Assembly (NCBI GenBank): GCA_964406955.1 | Contig: CAYOTP010000002.1 | Coordinates: 369-64,368, forward strand | Origin: an uncultured Thermoplasmatales archaeon | GTDB lineage: Archaea > Thermoplasmatota > E2 > DHVEG-1 | DNA length: 64,000 bases | Direction of reading: 5' to 3' | Shown here: positions 29,277 through 38,991 of the stretch, one piece after another | Layout: each line of letters starts with the position of its first letter | How positions within the stretch are numbered: the first letter of the stretch is position 1 | The notes under the pieces: model-generated | The model's input: the letters and a program-made list of their open reading frames with translations, nothing else | What the model was told of the DNA's origin: nothing | Databases searched by the model: none | Translations under genes and position numbers: made by a program

Positions 29277-30683
29277 TTGTTATTTGTGATGTCAATGAAT
29301 CCGCTTTTCAATCCATTCATCTCATTTTCCCTTTTAAGGAAAATTCTTTTTGAACCCGAACAACTGAGAAAAAAATCATCAGATCAGATTCAAAGATATA
29401 AAAACAAGGCATTTAGAAAAATGGTAGCCTACGCCTACACCGTTCCCGTATATCATCAAAAATACAAAAAAGCTAACATCCATCCCAACGACATCAAAAC
29501 AATTGAAGATATCAAAAAACTTCCATTCATATCTAAAGATGAGTTAAAACATAGCTTTGGAATGGATATTCTGCCGGGAAACTACAAAAAAACAAATGCA
29601 TACCCCTATTGCACAGGCGGCACAACTGGGAAACCGTTATGTTTATACACTGATTTTTACACCCTTGCATCTGCAGCTATCATTGCATTAAGGGAACTGA
29701 AATACCTTAATATTTCCACGAAAAACATCCGATTTGTTCATATTGGTAATTTCAATCCGAATCGAATCGATCTTGTCGCACAACAACTTTTTGAAAAACA
29801 TCTTTCTTTCTTACCTATCACTCAAAATCAACTAAATATCGATGTGAGCACTCCGTTAAAAGAAATCATCAACAAACTCGATAGATACAAACCAGATGTG
29901 ATCATGACCTATCCTGCACTATTTCAACACCTATCATATCTGAAACGAAACGGACATGGGCCAAATATCAAACCTAAACTCTGTTGGACTGGTGGAGCAA
30001 TGCTAGATGAATATACTAGAATATTGGTACAAGATTCTTTCGATTGTCCTTTATTAAACATTTATCCTTCTGTTGAAGCAGGATCAGATATTGCATTTGA
30101 ATGTTATGATGGAACCTGGCACGTCCATGATGATTATTTCCATCTTGAGGCAATCGATGAACAAGAAAGAGTTGTTGATCCGGGTAAAAGAGGACATGTC
30201 GTCATCACCCGTCTCTGGGGAAAAGGAACTCCAATCATTCGATACACTGGCATGGATGACTGGGTAACACTCACAGACCCCATACAGGATTCGTGTGGAT
30301 TAACCACCACAACAATCAAGGGAGGAGTTGAAGGAAGGAAACGGGCAAACATTGTTCTCCCCAATGGACAGGTGTTTCCACCAGGAGCCTTTTGTTTTAT
30401 CACACCCGTATTAATCAAGTATCAAACGTTTAAAGTAAAACAATATCAAATCATCCAACAGGATCTTTATCATATCGATATCCTTCTAGTCGTCGATGAA
30501 AAACTTCGAGAAATAGGAATATCAATTGATACGATCAAAAACGAGATAAAAAAGATTTATGAACAAAAAGTCGGAAGTCAAGTAGAGATCTCTATAAAGG
30601 AAGTCGACGAAATCCCCCACAAAAAAAATGCAACAAAACCTCCACCAATTGTCATTTCTCACGTTAACGAAGATAGGATTTAG
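29277..30683 (+). CDS. PaaK/CapK-like adenylate-forming enzyme, paralog 2
   Basis: 468 aa; P-loop CTGGTTGKPL; starts 5 nt after the SDR stop. Confidence 0.75.
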   Translation: MLFVMSMNPLFNPFISFSLLRKILFEPEQLRKKSSDQIQRYKNKAFRKMVAYAYTVPVYHQKYKKANIHPNDIKTIEDIKKLPFISKDELKHSFGMDILPGNYKKTNAYPYCTGGTTGKPLCLYTDFYTLASAAIIALRELKYLNISTKNIRFVHIGNFNPNRIDLVAQQLFEKHLSFLPITQNQLNIDVSTPLKEIINKLDRYKPDVIMTYPALFQHLSYLKRNGHGPNIKPKLCWTGGAMLDEYTRILVQDSFDCPLLNIYPSVEAGSDIAFECYDGTWHVHDDYFHLEAIDEQERVVDPGKRGHVVITRLWGKGTPIIRYTGMDDWVTLTDPIQDSCGLTTTTIKGGVEGRKRANIVLPNGQVFPPGAFCFITPVLIKYQTFKVKQYQIIQQDLYHIDILLVVDEKLREIGISIDTIKNEIKKIYEQKVGSQVEISIKEVDEIPHKKNATKPPPIVISHVNEDRI

Positions 30684-30746
30684 ATGAATAGACAACCCCC
30701 TAAAAAACATATATTACAACATTACAACTTCTATCCGGTATGACCC

Positions 30747-31727
30747 ATGACTTGGAAAATACAGCTAAAAAAGATAACAAAATTTCTTCCCATCATAGGA
30801 TTATTGCTGTTCGTTTACATATTATTTGACATTGGATTTGAAAAAACCTTCGAAGCATTCTCATTGATTCCTTCGTATTACTATGGTCTTGCATTACTTG
30901 TGTTTTTACCAAAACTCTTTATCGCAGGTATAAAATGGCAATACTTGAACAAAAAACAAGACATTCAAATCAATTTTTTTACAATACTGAAATTATATTT
31001 ACTTGGTCTATTCTATGGAAGTGTAACACCCAGTGCAATCGGCATGCACATCCGGGTGTATTACCTACAAAAAAAATCACAAGCTTCTTTTGAAAAGTGC
31101 ATTGCAAACTCACTGATTGAAGCAACTCTTGCCACTCTTGCAGGAATATTTTTAGCAATTATCGGATCAGGACTCATCCTTCAATCATACCCCGGACTAT
31201 TACCCATCATCATCGGTTTTTTTATCGTTTACACCACCGGATTTATATTTTTCATGGAGCATAAACGAGGATACGGTTTCTTTTCCTTTATCATCCGCCC
31301 GTTTCTCCCCCTTAAACGCAAAGAGAATTTAGACATCATCATTTCAAGATTATACAAAGATATCCCCAAGCTACGTGACTTACTTATTCCCTTTTTTCTA
31401 GAGCTTATTATGTGGAGTTTAGCCGCCACACAAGTTTATGTTCTGTCACTATCATTTTCCCTAAACATACCATTTATTGAATTTATTTTATTAAGCATTG
31501 TTTCTGTAATCATCGCAAACGTAATTCCATTATCAATCGGAGGGTTAGGGTTAAGGGAAGGAACATTTGTAGTTCTTCTTTCCACATATCAAGTTCCCTT
31601 CGAGATTGCATTTGTTCTATCTCTCAGTGGGTTTTTTGTAAAAAATTTAATTCCAGGATTATCTGGACTAGTCATATCTCTTTTTGAAAAAGAATCACCC
31701 GTTGAAGCTATCCAATCATCAGGATAA
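30747..31727 (+). CDS. LPG-synthase-TM / UPF0104 flippase-like membrane protein, paralog 2
   Basis: 326 aa polytopic; conserved GGLGxRE near C-terminus shared with ORF 25494-26501 (GLGTREF). Confidence 0.7.
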   Translation: MTWKIQLKKITKFLPIIGLLLFVYILFDIGFEKTFEAFSLIPSYYYGLALLVFLPKLFIAGIKWQYLNKKQDIQINFFTILKLYLLGLFYGSVTPSAIGMHIRVYYLQKKSQASFEKCIANSLIEATLATLAGIFLAIIGSGLILQSYPGLLPIIIGFFIVYTTGFIFFMEHKRGYGFFSFIIRPFLPLKRKENLDIIISRLYKDIPKLRDLLIPFFLELIMWSLAATQVYVLSLSFSLNIPFIEFILLSIVSVIIANVIPLSIGGLGLREGTFVVLLSTYQVPFEIAFVLSLSGFFVKNLIPGLSGLVISLFEKESPVEAIQSSG

Positions 31728-31938
31728 TGATAGTTGTTAATATTCCAATCGGAATTAATTGAAATACCATTTACTACAAAATCCTTGGGGAAAAAAGAAT
31801 TTTCGTAATGTAAATAAATGGCAAACAACTTTCGTAAAACGATGAAAATCAAACATCTAAACTATCTTTATCGTTTTTTAATATGTCATAAAAAATCAAC
31901 TAAAAAAAAAAATCACCAATAGCATAGGACAGATACAC

Positions 31939-32508
31939 ATGGATAAGAGCACACTCAGAAAACAATTAACTCAACAAAGGAAAAATAAAACACAAGACTA
32001 TGTCCATAGAAATAGTGAAAGAATAGTAAAAAAAGTGTCGAATCTTTCATCATTTCAAGATTCGATGCATTCTCTCTTTTATGTTTCGACCAATAATGAA
32101 GTATGTACTCATCAACTAATAAAAAAAGTACTTTCTTCTGGAAAAAAGGTTTATGTCCCCATTTCAGAAATAAAAACACATACCTTACAACTATCAAAAC
32201 TTTCCCACTGGGATGATCTGACCACTGGAACCTATGGCATACTTGAACCGAAAAAGGAAAAACAAAAACTGGTTCCAATCAATATGATAGATGTACTTAT
32301 CGTTCCAGGCATCGGATTTGACAAAAAAGGAAATCGGTTAGGCCAAGGTGGAGGCTATTATGATTGGCTACTTCCACAAACAAAAGCAACAGCTATTGCT
32401 CTTGCCTTTGAATTTCAACTTGTCAATCACATTCCAATAGAATCCCATGACCAGCAGGTGGATATTATTGTCACTGAAAAACAGGTGATTCATTGTGGGA
32501 AAGTCTAA
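31939..32508 (+). CDS. 5-formyltetrahydrofolate cyclo-ligase
   Basis: 189 aa; signature GQGGGYYD. Confidence 0.8.
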   Translation: MDKSTLRKQLTQQRKNKTQDYVHRNSERIVKKVSNLSSFQDSMHSLFYVSTNNEVCTHQLIKKVLSSGKKVYVPISEIKTHTLQLSKLSHWDDLTTGTYGILEPKKEKQKLVPINMIDVLIVPGIGFDKKGNRLGQGGGYYDWLLPQTKATAIALAFEFQLVNHIPIESHDQQVDIIVTEKQVIHCGKV

Positions 32509-33635
32509 GTGACAAGTTCATTTAATCGATCTGTCTTAACAGCCTTTTTTATTTCCATGGCCACCCTCTCACCATAACTAATGGAATCTCCATATAAGTA
32601 TCCGGAGTGGGGGGTGAATCGAGTAAGAGGACTACCCGGAATACGCATAGATACATCAAAAACAACCATTTCCTCTTTACCTCGATCAGACGCTATCGCC
32701 CCCTGTAAGGCAAATGGACCAATGATGCCAGGAGGGACTTCTTTTTTTGTTGTTTTAACAAACTTTTCTCCAAGAATAAATATCTTTTCAATGATTGATT
32801 CCTTAGTTGTCGCCGCGATATGCCCGGTTTCTATCATCTTTGGTTTTAAATATTTCAATACTTCAAGTTGTTCATTAGCGGGTAACCGCAAAAGACCATC
32901 CAGATTCGTCTGACGACGGGTATCTGTACCCATCAGTTCAAGTTCATCATCAATCACACTATAAAAATAATTGAAATTCACTTGAGCACCAACAACATAT
33001 TCCTCGATAACCGCATCATCCAAAGCATCCTGGGTGATCATTTTCTTCTTCAGAAGGTCCTCAGCTTTCTTCCGAAAATCAGCATGACTGGATGCATAAA
33101 AAAACGCCCGTTCATATCCTCGAATGGCTTCATTGACTTTCACAATGACCAAACGGTCAATATCTTTTGGACTTTGATAGATATGTGGAAAACGAATCCC
33201 TGCTTTTTCAAGAAGATAATATTGGTTCTTTGGAACATCACGTTCCTCGAGCTTTACCATTTCCCTTGTACCATAGATAGGTACTTTAAAATTATTCTCG
33301 ATATCCTCAAAATCAAAATAAACCCAAAAATATCTATTATGGATAAAAATGGTATTTTTTTCCCGCAGGGTTTCTTGAACCTCAGGTTTTGTAATATCGG
33401 AAAACCTATCAAGAACAATCGTTTCATCAATACATCCTCTACCATCACCACGGCTTTTGTAATACGTTGTATATGTTTTCTCCCTTCCTTTTTGACATAC
33501 CGCTATTGTTTTAAAGCCATGTTTTTTTGCTCCTCTACTCACATCAAGTCCAGAATGCCCACCTAGAACTCCAATGGTAATCTCATCAGCATCATACGAA
33601 TTCACAATATCTTGAATGATCTTTCGTTCTATCAT
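32505..33635 (-). CDS. purP: 5-formaminoimidazole-4-carboxamide ribonucleotide (FAICAR) synthetase, archaeal PurP
   Basis: 376 aa; EITIGVLGGHSGL, EEYVVGAQVNFNYFYS, PPGIIGPFALQ blocks match M. jannaschii PurP. Confidence 0.9.
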   Translation of the reverse strand: MIERKIIQDIVNSYDADEITIGVLGGHSGLDVSRGAKKHGFKTIAVCQKGREKTYTTYYKSRGDGRGCIDETIVLDRFSDITKPEVQETLREKNTIFIHNRYFWVYFDFEDIENNFKVPIYGTREMVKLEERDVPKNQYYLLEKAGIRFPHIYQSPKDIDRLVIVKVNEAIRGYERAFFYASSHADFRKKAEDLLKKKMITQDALDDAVIEEYVVGAQVNFNYFYSVIDDELELMGTDTRRQTNLDGLLRLPANEQLEVLKYLKPKMIETGHIAATTKESIIEKIFILGEKFVKTTKKEVPPGIIGPFALQGAIASDRGKEEMVVFDVSMRIPGSPLTRFTPHSGYLYGDSISYGERVAMEIKKAVKTDRLNELVT

Positions 33636-33731
33636 TATTCTTCACCATACATCAAATTTTTTTTACTATCATCTATCATTCATTAATCAATAGATTAGAT
33701 ATAACTAAATACATACTGATGAATTTATCAT

Positions 33732-35612
33732 TTATTTAAATCGAGGTCGCTTCGAAAGCAGTTTTGGTAAAGGAAGTGGTTCTGTGGGATAGTCTTTCAC
33801 TTGATCATCAATGAGAGTTGCAAGTTCTTCTATAGAATACTGTTTTTCACTATCGCCAAAATCAGTTGACCTAAAACGAGGTTTGAATTGCCCACTATTT
33901 TTCTCTTTTTCACCAACCACTATGGTAACAGGAATCCATTCTTTCTCGGCATCTCGAATACGCCGGCTAACACTTTCATCACGATCATCAACATCTGACC
34001 TAATTAATTCCAATTTCGACCGTTGATTTAATGCTTCACAATAGTTCTCACAATCGTTGATGAATTCATCGCTAAGAGGGATAAACCGGATCTGTGTTGG
34101 AGAAAGCCATAACGGAAGCATCGCTTTTTCCCCTTTGCTCATCCGTATTGCCTCTTTTTCAAGTAATGCATAGATGACCCTTTCTATCGCCCCAGATGGA
34201 CTACAGTGAAGAATCAATGGATGACGTTGCTCTCCATCTTTATCAGTGAAAAGAATATCATAACGTTCCCCATTCTCTATATCGATCTGATCTGTACTCA
34301 AAGCTGATGCCTTTCTAGAGAGATCAACGAAATTGAATTCAAATTTCAACACAAAATAAAAAATTCTTTCATCCCACATTTCAACAAGAATAGGCTTACC
34401 TATTTTTCGTACCAAATCAACAATGAACTCCTTATTTTCATCATAGAACTCTTTTGTCGTCCGTAAAGCCATCTCAATATCTGTGTTATCAATACCAATG
34501 TCTTTTAAGACGTTAAGGCTGAGATTAAATCTGATTTTGAACTCGTTCATTGCCATGTCCATATCGGAAACCATTGCATGGACATCAGGCATCGTGAATG
34601 CTCGAAGTCTCCTCAGTCCAGTTAGCTCACCGGATTGTTCCCTTCGAAATGAATACCGAGTCATTTCATATAGTTTTAATGGAAGATCCTTATAACTAAT
34701 GGTTGCATCATGTGCCATGAGAAATTGGCCGAAACATGCGGCAAAACGGAGGAAAAAATTTCGCTTGTCACTTTCTATTTGATACTGTCTTGCGGGAAAA
34801 CGTTGTAAATATTTCGAAAGTGTGGGATGATTCATATCATACATGATTGGTGTTTCAACTTCAAGACCTCCATAGTCAACTACTTTCCGTGTTACATATT
34901 GTTCAAGTAATTTTTTAATGAATCGTCCCTTTGGATAATATCTCATATTACCTGCATCAGAAGCAGGCTCATAATCAGCAAGTTCCAGTTTCTTCATCAA
35001 TTTCACATGGGCAGGTTCCTGTTTAACCGCCCGTGATTTCTCTTTTTCATAAAATGAAAATGTTTTAAGGTTTTCATGATCCTTAAAATCGAACTCATCG
35101 ATATTGTGAAGAATTCCATCCTCCGTTAATATATGCCAATATGAGCTAAGTTTCCTTTCCTTTTTAAGAGATTCAGATTCATCGTCTTTATCACCTGGAA
35201 CAATGGTTTTTGAAAGTTCTGAAAGGGGATGACCTTTACACGATAATTTAAATGATTTATACCATCCAAAGGGAGATCGCTTCACATTGAAATCTTTTTG
35301 ACGTAATTCATATTCAATTGTGATTAACATGTTTTGAGCATCTTTTGGACTTGCCAAATCTGAAGAAAGATGCGCATATGGATAAAGCATGATATTTCTT
35401 ACTTTTAGTTGATCCGCAGTTTTTATAATTTCAACGGTTGCATCTTTCACCGCTTGATCCATGGAAGCTATATCGATTTTTTCAATCGCAGTAAAAACGG
35501 TTAATGCCTCTTCAAAGTGATCAGATCTTTTATCAATGTTTTCTGGAGTCTTGATTGCTTTGTCCTTTACTTCATATTCAATGTAGTCACTATGAATAAG
35601 TAATAATCTCAT
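33732..35612 (-). CDS. thrS: threonyl-tRNA synthetase with archaeal N-terminal editing domain
   Basis: 626 aa; N-terminus MRLLLIHSDYIEYEV is the archaeal ThrRS editing-domain start; class II catalytic core follows. Confidence 0.9.
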   Translation of the reverse strand: MRLLLIHSDYIEYEVKDKAIKTPENIDKRSDHFEEALTVFTAIEKIDIASMDQAVKDATVEIIKTADQLKVRNIMLYPYAHLSSDLASPKDAQNMLITIEYELRQKDFNVKRSPFGWYKSFKLSCKGHPLSELSKTIVPGDKDDESESLKKERKLSSYWHILTEDGILHNIDEFDFKDHENLKTFSFYEKEKSRAVKQEPAHVKLMKKLELADYEPASDAGNMRYYPKGRFIKKLLEQYVTRKVVDYGGLEVETPIMYDMNHPTLSKYLQRFPARQYQIESDKRNFFLRFAACFGQFLMAHDATISYKDLPLKLYEMTRYSFRREQSGELTGLRRLRAFTMPDVHAMVSDMDMAMNEFKIRFNLSLNVLKDIGIDNTDIEMALRTTKEFYDENKEFIVDLVRKIGKPILVEMWDERIFYFVLKFEFNFVDLSRKASALSTDQIDIENGERYDILFTDKDGEQRHPLILHCSPSGAIERVIYALLEKEAIRMSKGEKAMLPLWLSPTQIRFIPLSDEFINDCENYCEALNQRSKLELIRSDVDDRDESVSRRIRDAEKEWIPVTIVVGEKEKNSGQFKPRFRSTDFGDSEKQYSIEELATLIDDQVKDYPTEPLPLPKLLSKRPRFK

Positions 35613-35903
35613 TTGATCAATTCCTTTATTGAGTCTAAATTAGATTCCCATTTTTAAAGATGATGATTAACCTTTTTCCATTAAAGAGTGATTAATTTAT
35701 AGATAAACCTGCTTAATTCATCCAATGTAAATGGGGGAGGCGGCGGAGGTGTTTAACACCGCTTAACAAAAAAAAGATACGAACTTACTAGCAATCCCAT
35801 CTCTCCGCCTGAGGGGAGAATGTAGATGATAATATAAGTACATTTCGAAATTAATCAGCCTGTGCTTTGCCGGCAATAATATATGCTTAAAAAAGAATAA
35901 ATA

Positions 35904-36353
35904 TTAAATAAGGTTTTTGTATGCTTCGGCATCAAGTAATTCTTCTACTTCATCTTTATTTGATAATTCAATTTCAACAAGCCACCCATCATCATAAGGA
36001 TGTTCATTAATGATTTCCGGTGTGTCCTCCAGATCCTGGTTCACTTTTACTATCTTTCCACTGATGGGAGTATAAATCTCTGAGACAGATTTCACAGATT
36101 CCACAACACAGAGTTCATCCCCCTTTTTGATCTGTTTTCCAACTTCTGGAAGTTCTGCAAAGACAATATCGGTAAGCTCTGATTGAGCATGTGCTGTAAT
36201 ACCAATTTTGGCAGTGTTTCCTTTCACTTGAATCCATTCATGAGTTTCTGTATATTTTAAATCATCCCGCACTTCAGTTTCCATACATATCGACCTTTGA
36301 ACCCAGTAATTATCCCGATATTTTAAATGTTTCCTTATTGTGTTTGTGCCCAA
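35904..36353 (-). CDS. gcvH: glycine cleavage system H protein
   Basis: lipoyl-lysine motif ESVKSVSEIYTPISG; biological start probably the internal METEV (about 36284), since HEW begins there; the ORF-track start overlaps gcvT. Confidence 0.85.
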   Translation of the reverse strand: MGTNTIRKHLKYRDNYWVQRSICMETEVRDDLKYTETHEWIQVKGNTAKIGITAHAQSELTDIVFAELPEVGKQIKKGDELCVVESVKSVSEIYTPISGKIVKVNQDLEDTPEIINEHPYDDGWLVEIELSNKDEVEELLDAEAYKNLI

Positions 36354-37441
36354 TCCTTTTTCACAAAAGGAGGTTTGACCAATTCAGCTTGGATTGGTTT
36401 TCCCCTAATGATGATATCAACGGTATCACCTATTTTAACTATGTCATGATCAAGATATGCCATTGCAATACCTTTGTTTAAACAGGGCGATAAGCACCCA
36501 CTGGAAACAACACCGATCGATTCACCATCATTTTCAACATCCATTCCATGTCGGGGGATGCCCCTTCCCACGCATTGTAAGAAATTTAACCGTTGATAGT
36601 TTCCTTCTTCTTTTTGTTTAAGTATCGCTTCTTTCCCAATGAACTCATGATCCCAATGAGTTGCCCAAGCAAGATTTGCTTCCAATGGAGTACGTCCATC
36701 CTTAAACTCATTTCCAGCGAGTAAAAAACATTTCTCCAATCGAAGGGTATCACGAGCACCAAGACCAATTGGTTTTATACCTGCATCTTCACCAGTTTTT
36801 AGAATCTCCTGGAATATTGATATTCCTTGTTCAGCAGGATGTACCTGCAATTCAAACCCTAACTCGCCAGTATACCCAGTATAAGAAATTATACAGTTTT
36901 TTTCTGCGACATTAGCATACGTGCACCCAAAAAAACCAACTTTTGATAAATCAATATCTGTTACTTCTTGTAATATCTTTTTTGATAATGGCCCTTGGAC
37001 CGCTATGATTGCATACTCTCGAGAAACATTTGTTGCTTCTGCATTAAAGCCAAAATGCTTTGCTTGTTTGTTTAGCCAATCAGTTACAGTTTTGGCCATA
37101 CCTGCATTTGGCATGATCATATACCTATCATCCAAATGCATGAAAATGGTATCATCAATAATTGTTCCATCTTGCTGAGTAAAAGCAGTATATTGACTTT
37201 TTCCTTGCTCGAATCTAGTTGCATCTTCAATGGTTGTTTTTGAGAGAAGATTTGCAGCATCCTTTCCCGAAATCCAAACATTACTCATATGTGATACATC
37301 AAAAATACCTACTTTCTTTCGAACGCAAATATGTTCATCCTTTATCGAAGAAAACTGAACCGGCATGGTAAAACCAGCAAATTCTGTAAATGTTGCCTTA
37401 TTCTCTTTATGTAAATCATGTAATGGTGATGTAAGTCCCAT
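36335..37441 (-). CDS. gcvT: glycine cleavage system T protein (aminomethyltransferase)
   Basis: 368 aa; GcvT-family similarity along full length. Confidence 0.9.
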   Translation of the reverse strand: MGLTSPLHDLHKENKATFTEFAGFTMPVQFSSIKDEHICVRKKVGIFDVSHMSNVWISGKDAANLLSKTTIEDATRFEQGKSQYTAFTQQDGTIIDDTIFMHLDDRYMIMPNAGMAKTVTDWLNKQAKHFGFNAEATNVSREYAIIAVQGPLSKKILQEVTDIDLSKVGFFGCTYANVAEKNCIISYTGYTGELGFELQVHPAEQGISIFQEILKTGEDAGIKPIGLGARDTLRLEKCFLLAGNEFKDGRTPLEANLAWATHWDHEFIGKEAILKQKEEGNYQRLNFLQCVGRGIPRHGMDVENDGESIGVVSSGCLSPCLNKGIAMAYLDHDIVKIGDTVDIIIRGKPIQAELVKPPFVKKDWAQTQ

Positions 37442-37604
37442 AGATTTTTCCTCATGGCTTGAATCCCCTGGCCTGATTTAACTTTTTTGTGCGGAAAGTA
37501 ATATGATTAAAAATCTAAAGTATAGAACTCATTAAGACATTAAAGGTCACGATTTAATTTTTCGACAAAATCTTTATTCAATAAGCTGTTTTACCCCTCC
37601 CACA

Positions 37605-38273
37605 ATGGAAAAAGATTATTCTGACCTGCTCATTAAAAGGAAAAATAAACTATTTACCAAAAATTTAGTGAGTTGCATAGGTACCTCCATCTATGGTGAG
37701 CAATTAAAGCAGATAGATGGAATGGAATATCGAGCGTGGAATCCATATCGGAGTAAGCTTGCTGCAATATTACTTAAAAGAAATTTTTCATTATTCATTC
37801 CTAACGATTCGGTAATACTATACCTTGGTGCTGCCACAGGAACAACCGTTTCTCATCTCTCAGATTTGGTGAATTGTGGGACCATCTATGCGGTTGAGCA
37901 TTCACCAGTAAGCATGAAAAAATTGTTAACCGTAATTAAAAATCGACCTAACATCATTCCAATTTTTGAGGATGCTAATCACCCAGATCGTTATTTTTCT
38001 ATCACCCCCAAGGTAGATTTTGTATATCAAGACATCTCTCAGCGTAACCAGGCCGATATTTTCATTAGAAACATTCATTACTACCTTAAACCTGAAGGGA
38101 TGGGTATTATTATGGTTAAAGCACGAAGTATTGATGTTTCCCTTGCTCCAAAAAAAGCATACCAAATCGTAGAACATGAATTAAAGACCAATCAACTTGA
38201 TATCATAAACTCGTTTTCTCTTTCTCCATTTGAAAAGGATCATGCAATGTTTATGGTAAGGAAAAAAATATGA
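37605..38273 (+). CDS. flpA: fibrillarin, rRNA/tRNA 2'-O-methyltransferase
   Basis: YRAWNPYRSKLAA, VLYLGAATGTTVSHLSD, YAVEHSP blocks match archaeal fibrillarin. Confidence 0.9.
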   Translation: MEKDYSDLLIKRKNKLFTKNLVSCIGTSIYGEQLKQIDGMEYRAWNPYRSKLAAILLKRNFSLFIPNDSVILYLGAATGTTVSHLSDLVNCGTIYAVEHSPVSMKKLLTVIKNRPNIIPIFEDANHPDRYFSITPKVDFVYQDISQRNQADIFIRNIHYYLKPEGMGIIMVKARSIDVSLAPKKAYQIVEHELKTNQLDIINSFSLSPFEKDHAMFMVRKKI

Positions 38274-38295
38274 ATCTAAGTTTATTTGATGGCCT

Positions 38296-38991
38296 ATGGA
38301 AAAAAAAACTATTAAGATACGGATTTTACAATTCATCGTTCCCTTTATCATAGGACTTGGCACGGTTTATACAGTTGGAATCTTACTTCCTGTCACCTCC
38401 TCATATAAATACTGGACCCTTATTGGAGCGTATTTTTTCCCCCCATTTGGTAAGGAAACAATTATTCCAATTGGCATATTCGGTGGCAATCTATCAGTTC
38501 CATTCAGCAGCGACATTGTGACCATAACTCCCATCGACCCCATCATCATGGCCCTTTCAATTGCTTTTGTTGACATCATTGTTGCTTTGTTTCTTATGTG
38601 GAATTATGATCTTGCAAAAAAAATCCCTCTTGTAGGATCATTTATAAAAAAAATTGAAGTGATCGGACAAAAATCATCAAATAAATACTCTTGGGTGATT
38701 CCTTTACGATTCATAGGCATTATTTTGTTTGTTATGGTTCCGTTTCAGGGATCTGGGGGCCTAGTTGGATCCATTGTTGGTCGATTCATGGGAATGAAAC
38801 CAGTAAACACGTTTCTTGCAATTATGATTGGTTCGGTTGTAGGATGTTCATTGATAGCTTTTTTTTCGGACATCATCTTTTCGGTGTTTGTCCAAAATAT
38901 ATTGACCAGTCTGATAATACTTATCGTCCTTATCATCATTGGATTGATGACTGTGATTTATAAGAAAAATAAGGTTAAACTAAACGACTGA
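38296..38991 (+). CDS. polytopic membrane protein (possibly small multidrug export / COG2426-like)
   Basis: 231 aa, about 6 TM. Confidence 0.55.
   Translation: MEKKTIKIRILQFIVPFIIGLGTVYTVGILLPVTSSYKYWTLIGAYFFPPFGKETIIPIGIFGGNLSVPFSSDIVTITPIDPIIMALSIAFVDIIVALFLMWNYDLAKKIPLVGSFIKKIEVIGQKSSNKYSWVIPLRFIGIILFVMVPFQGSGGLVGSIVGRFMGMKPVNTFLAIMIGSVVGCSLIAFFSDIIFSVFVQNILTSLIILIVLIIIGLMTVIYKKNKVKLND

Noticed and set aside
32581-33566. Plus-strand ORFs of 110 and 194 aa
   Set aside because: They are antisense to purP, which matches M. jannaschii PurP block for block.
35700-35830. Possible tRNA or C/D-box sRNA in the thrS-gcvH spacer
   Set aside because: I could fold no cloverleaf. The RUGAUGA/CUGA box pairs are not in the right spacing. 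I retained it only as a generic hairpin observation.
35904-36353. Possible frameshift or N-terminal extension of gcvH overlapping gcvT
   Set aside because: The extension is better explained by the ORF caller choosing an upstream ATG. The internal METEV start gives a canonical GcvH N-terminus and removes the overlap, so no pseudogene call is needed.
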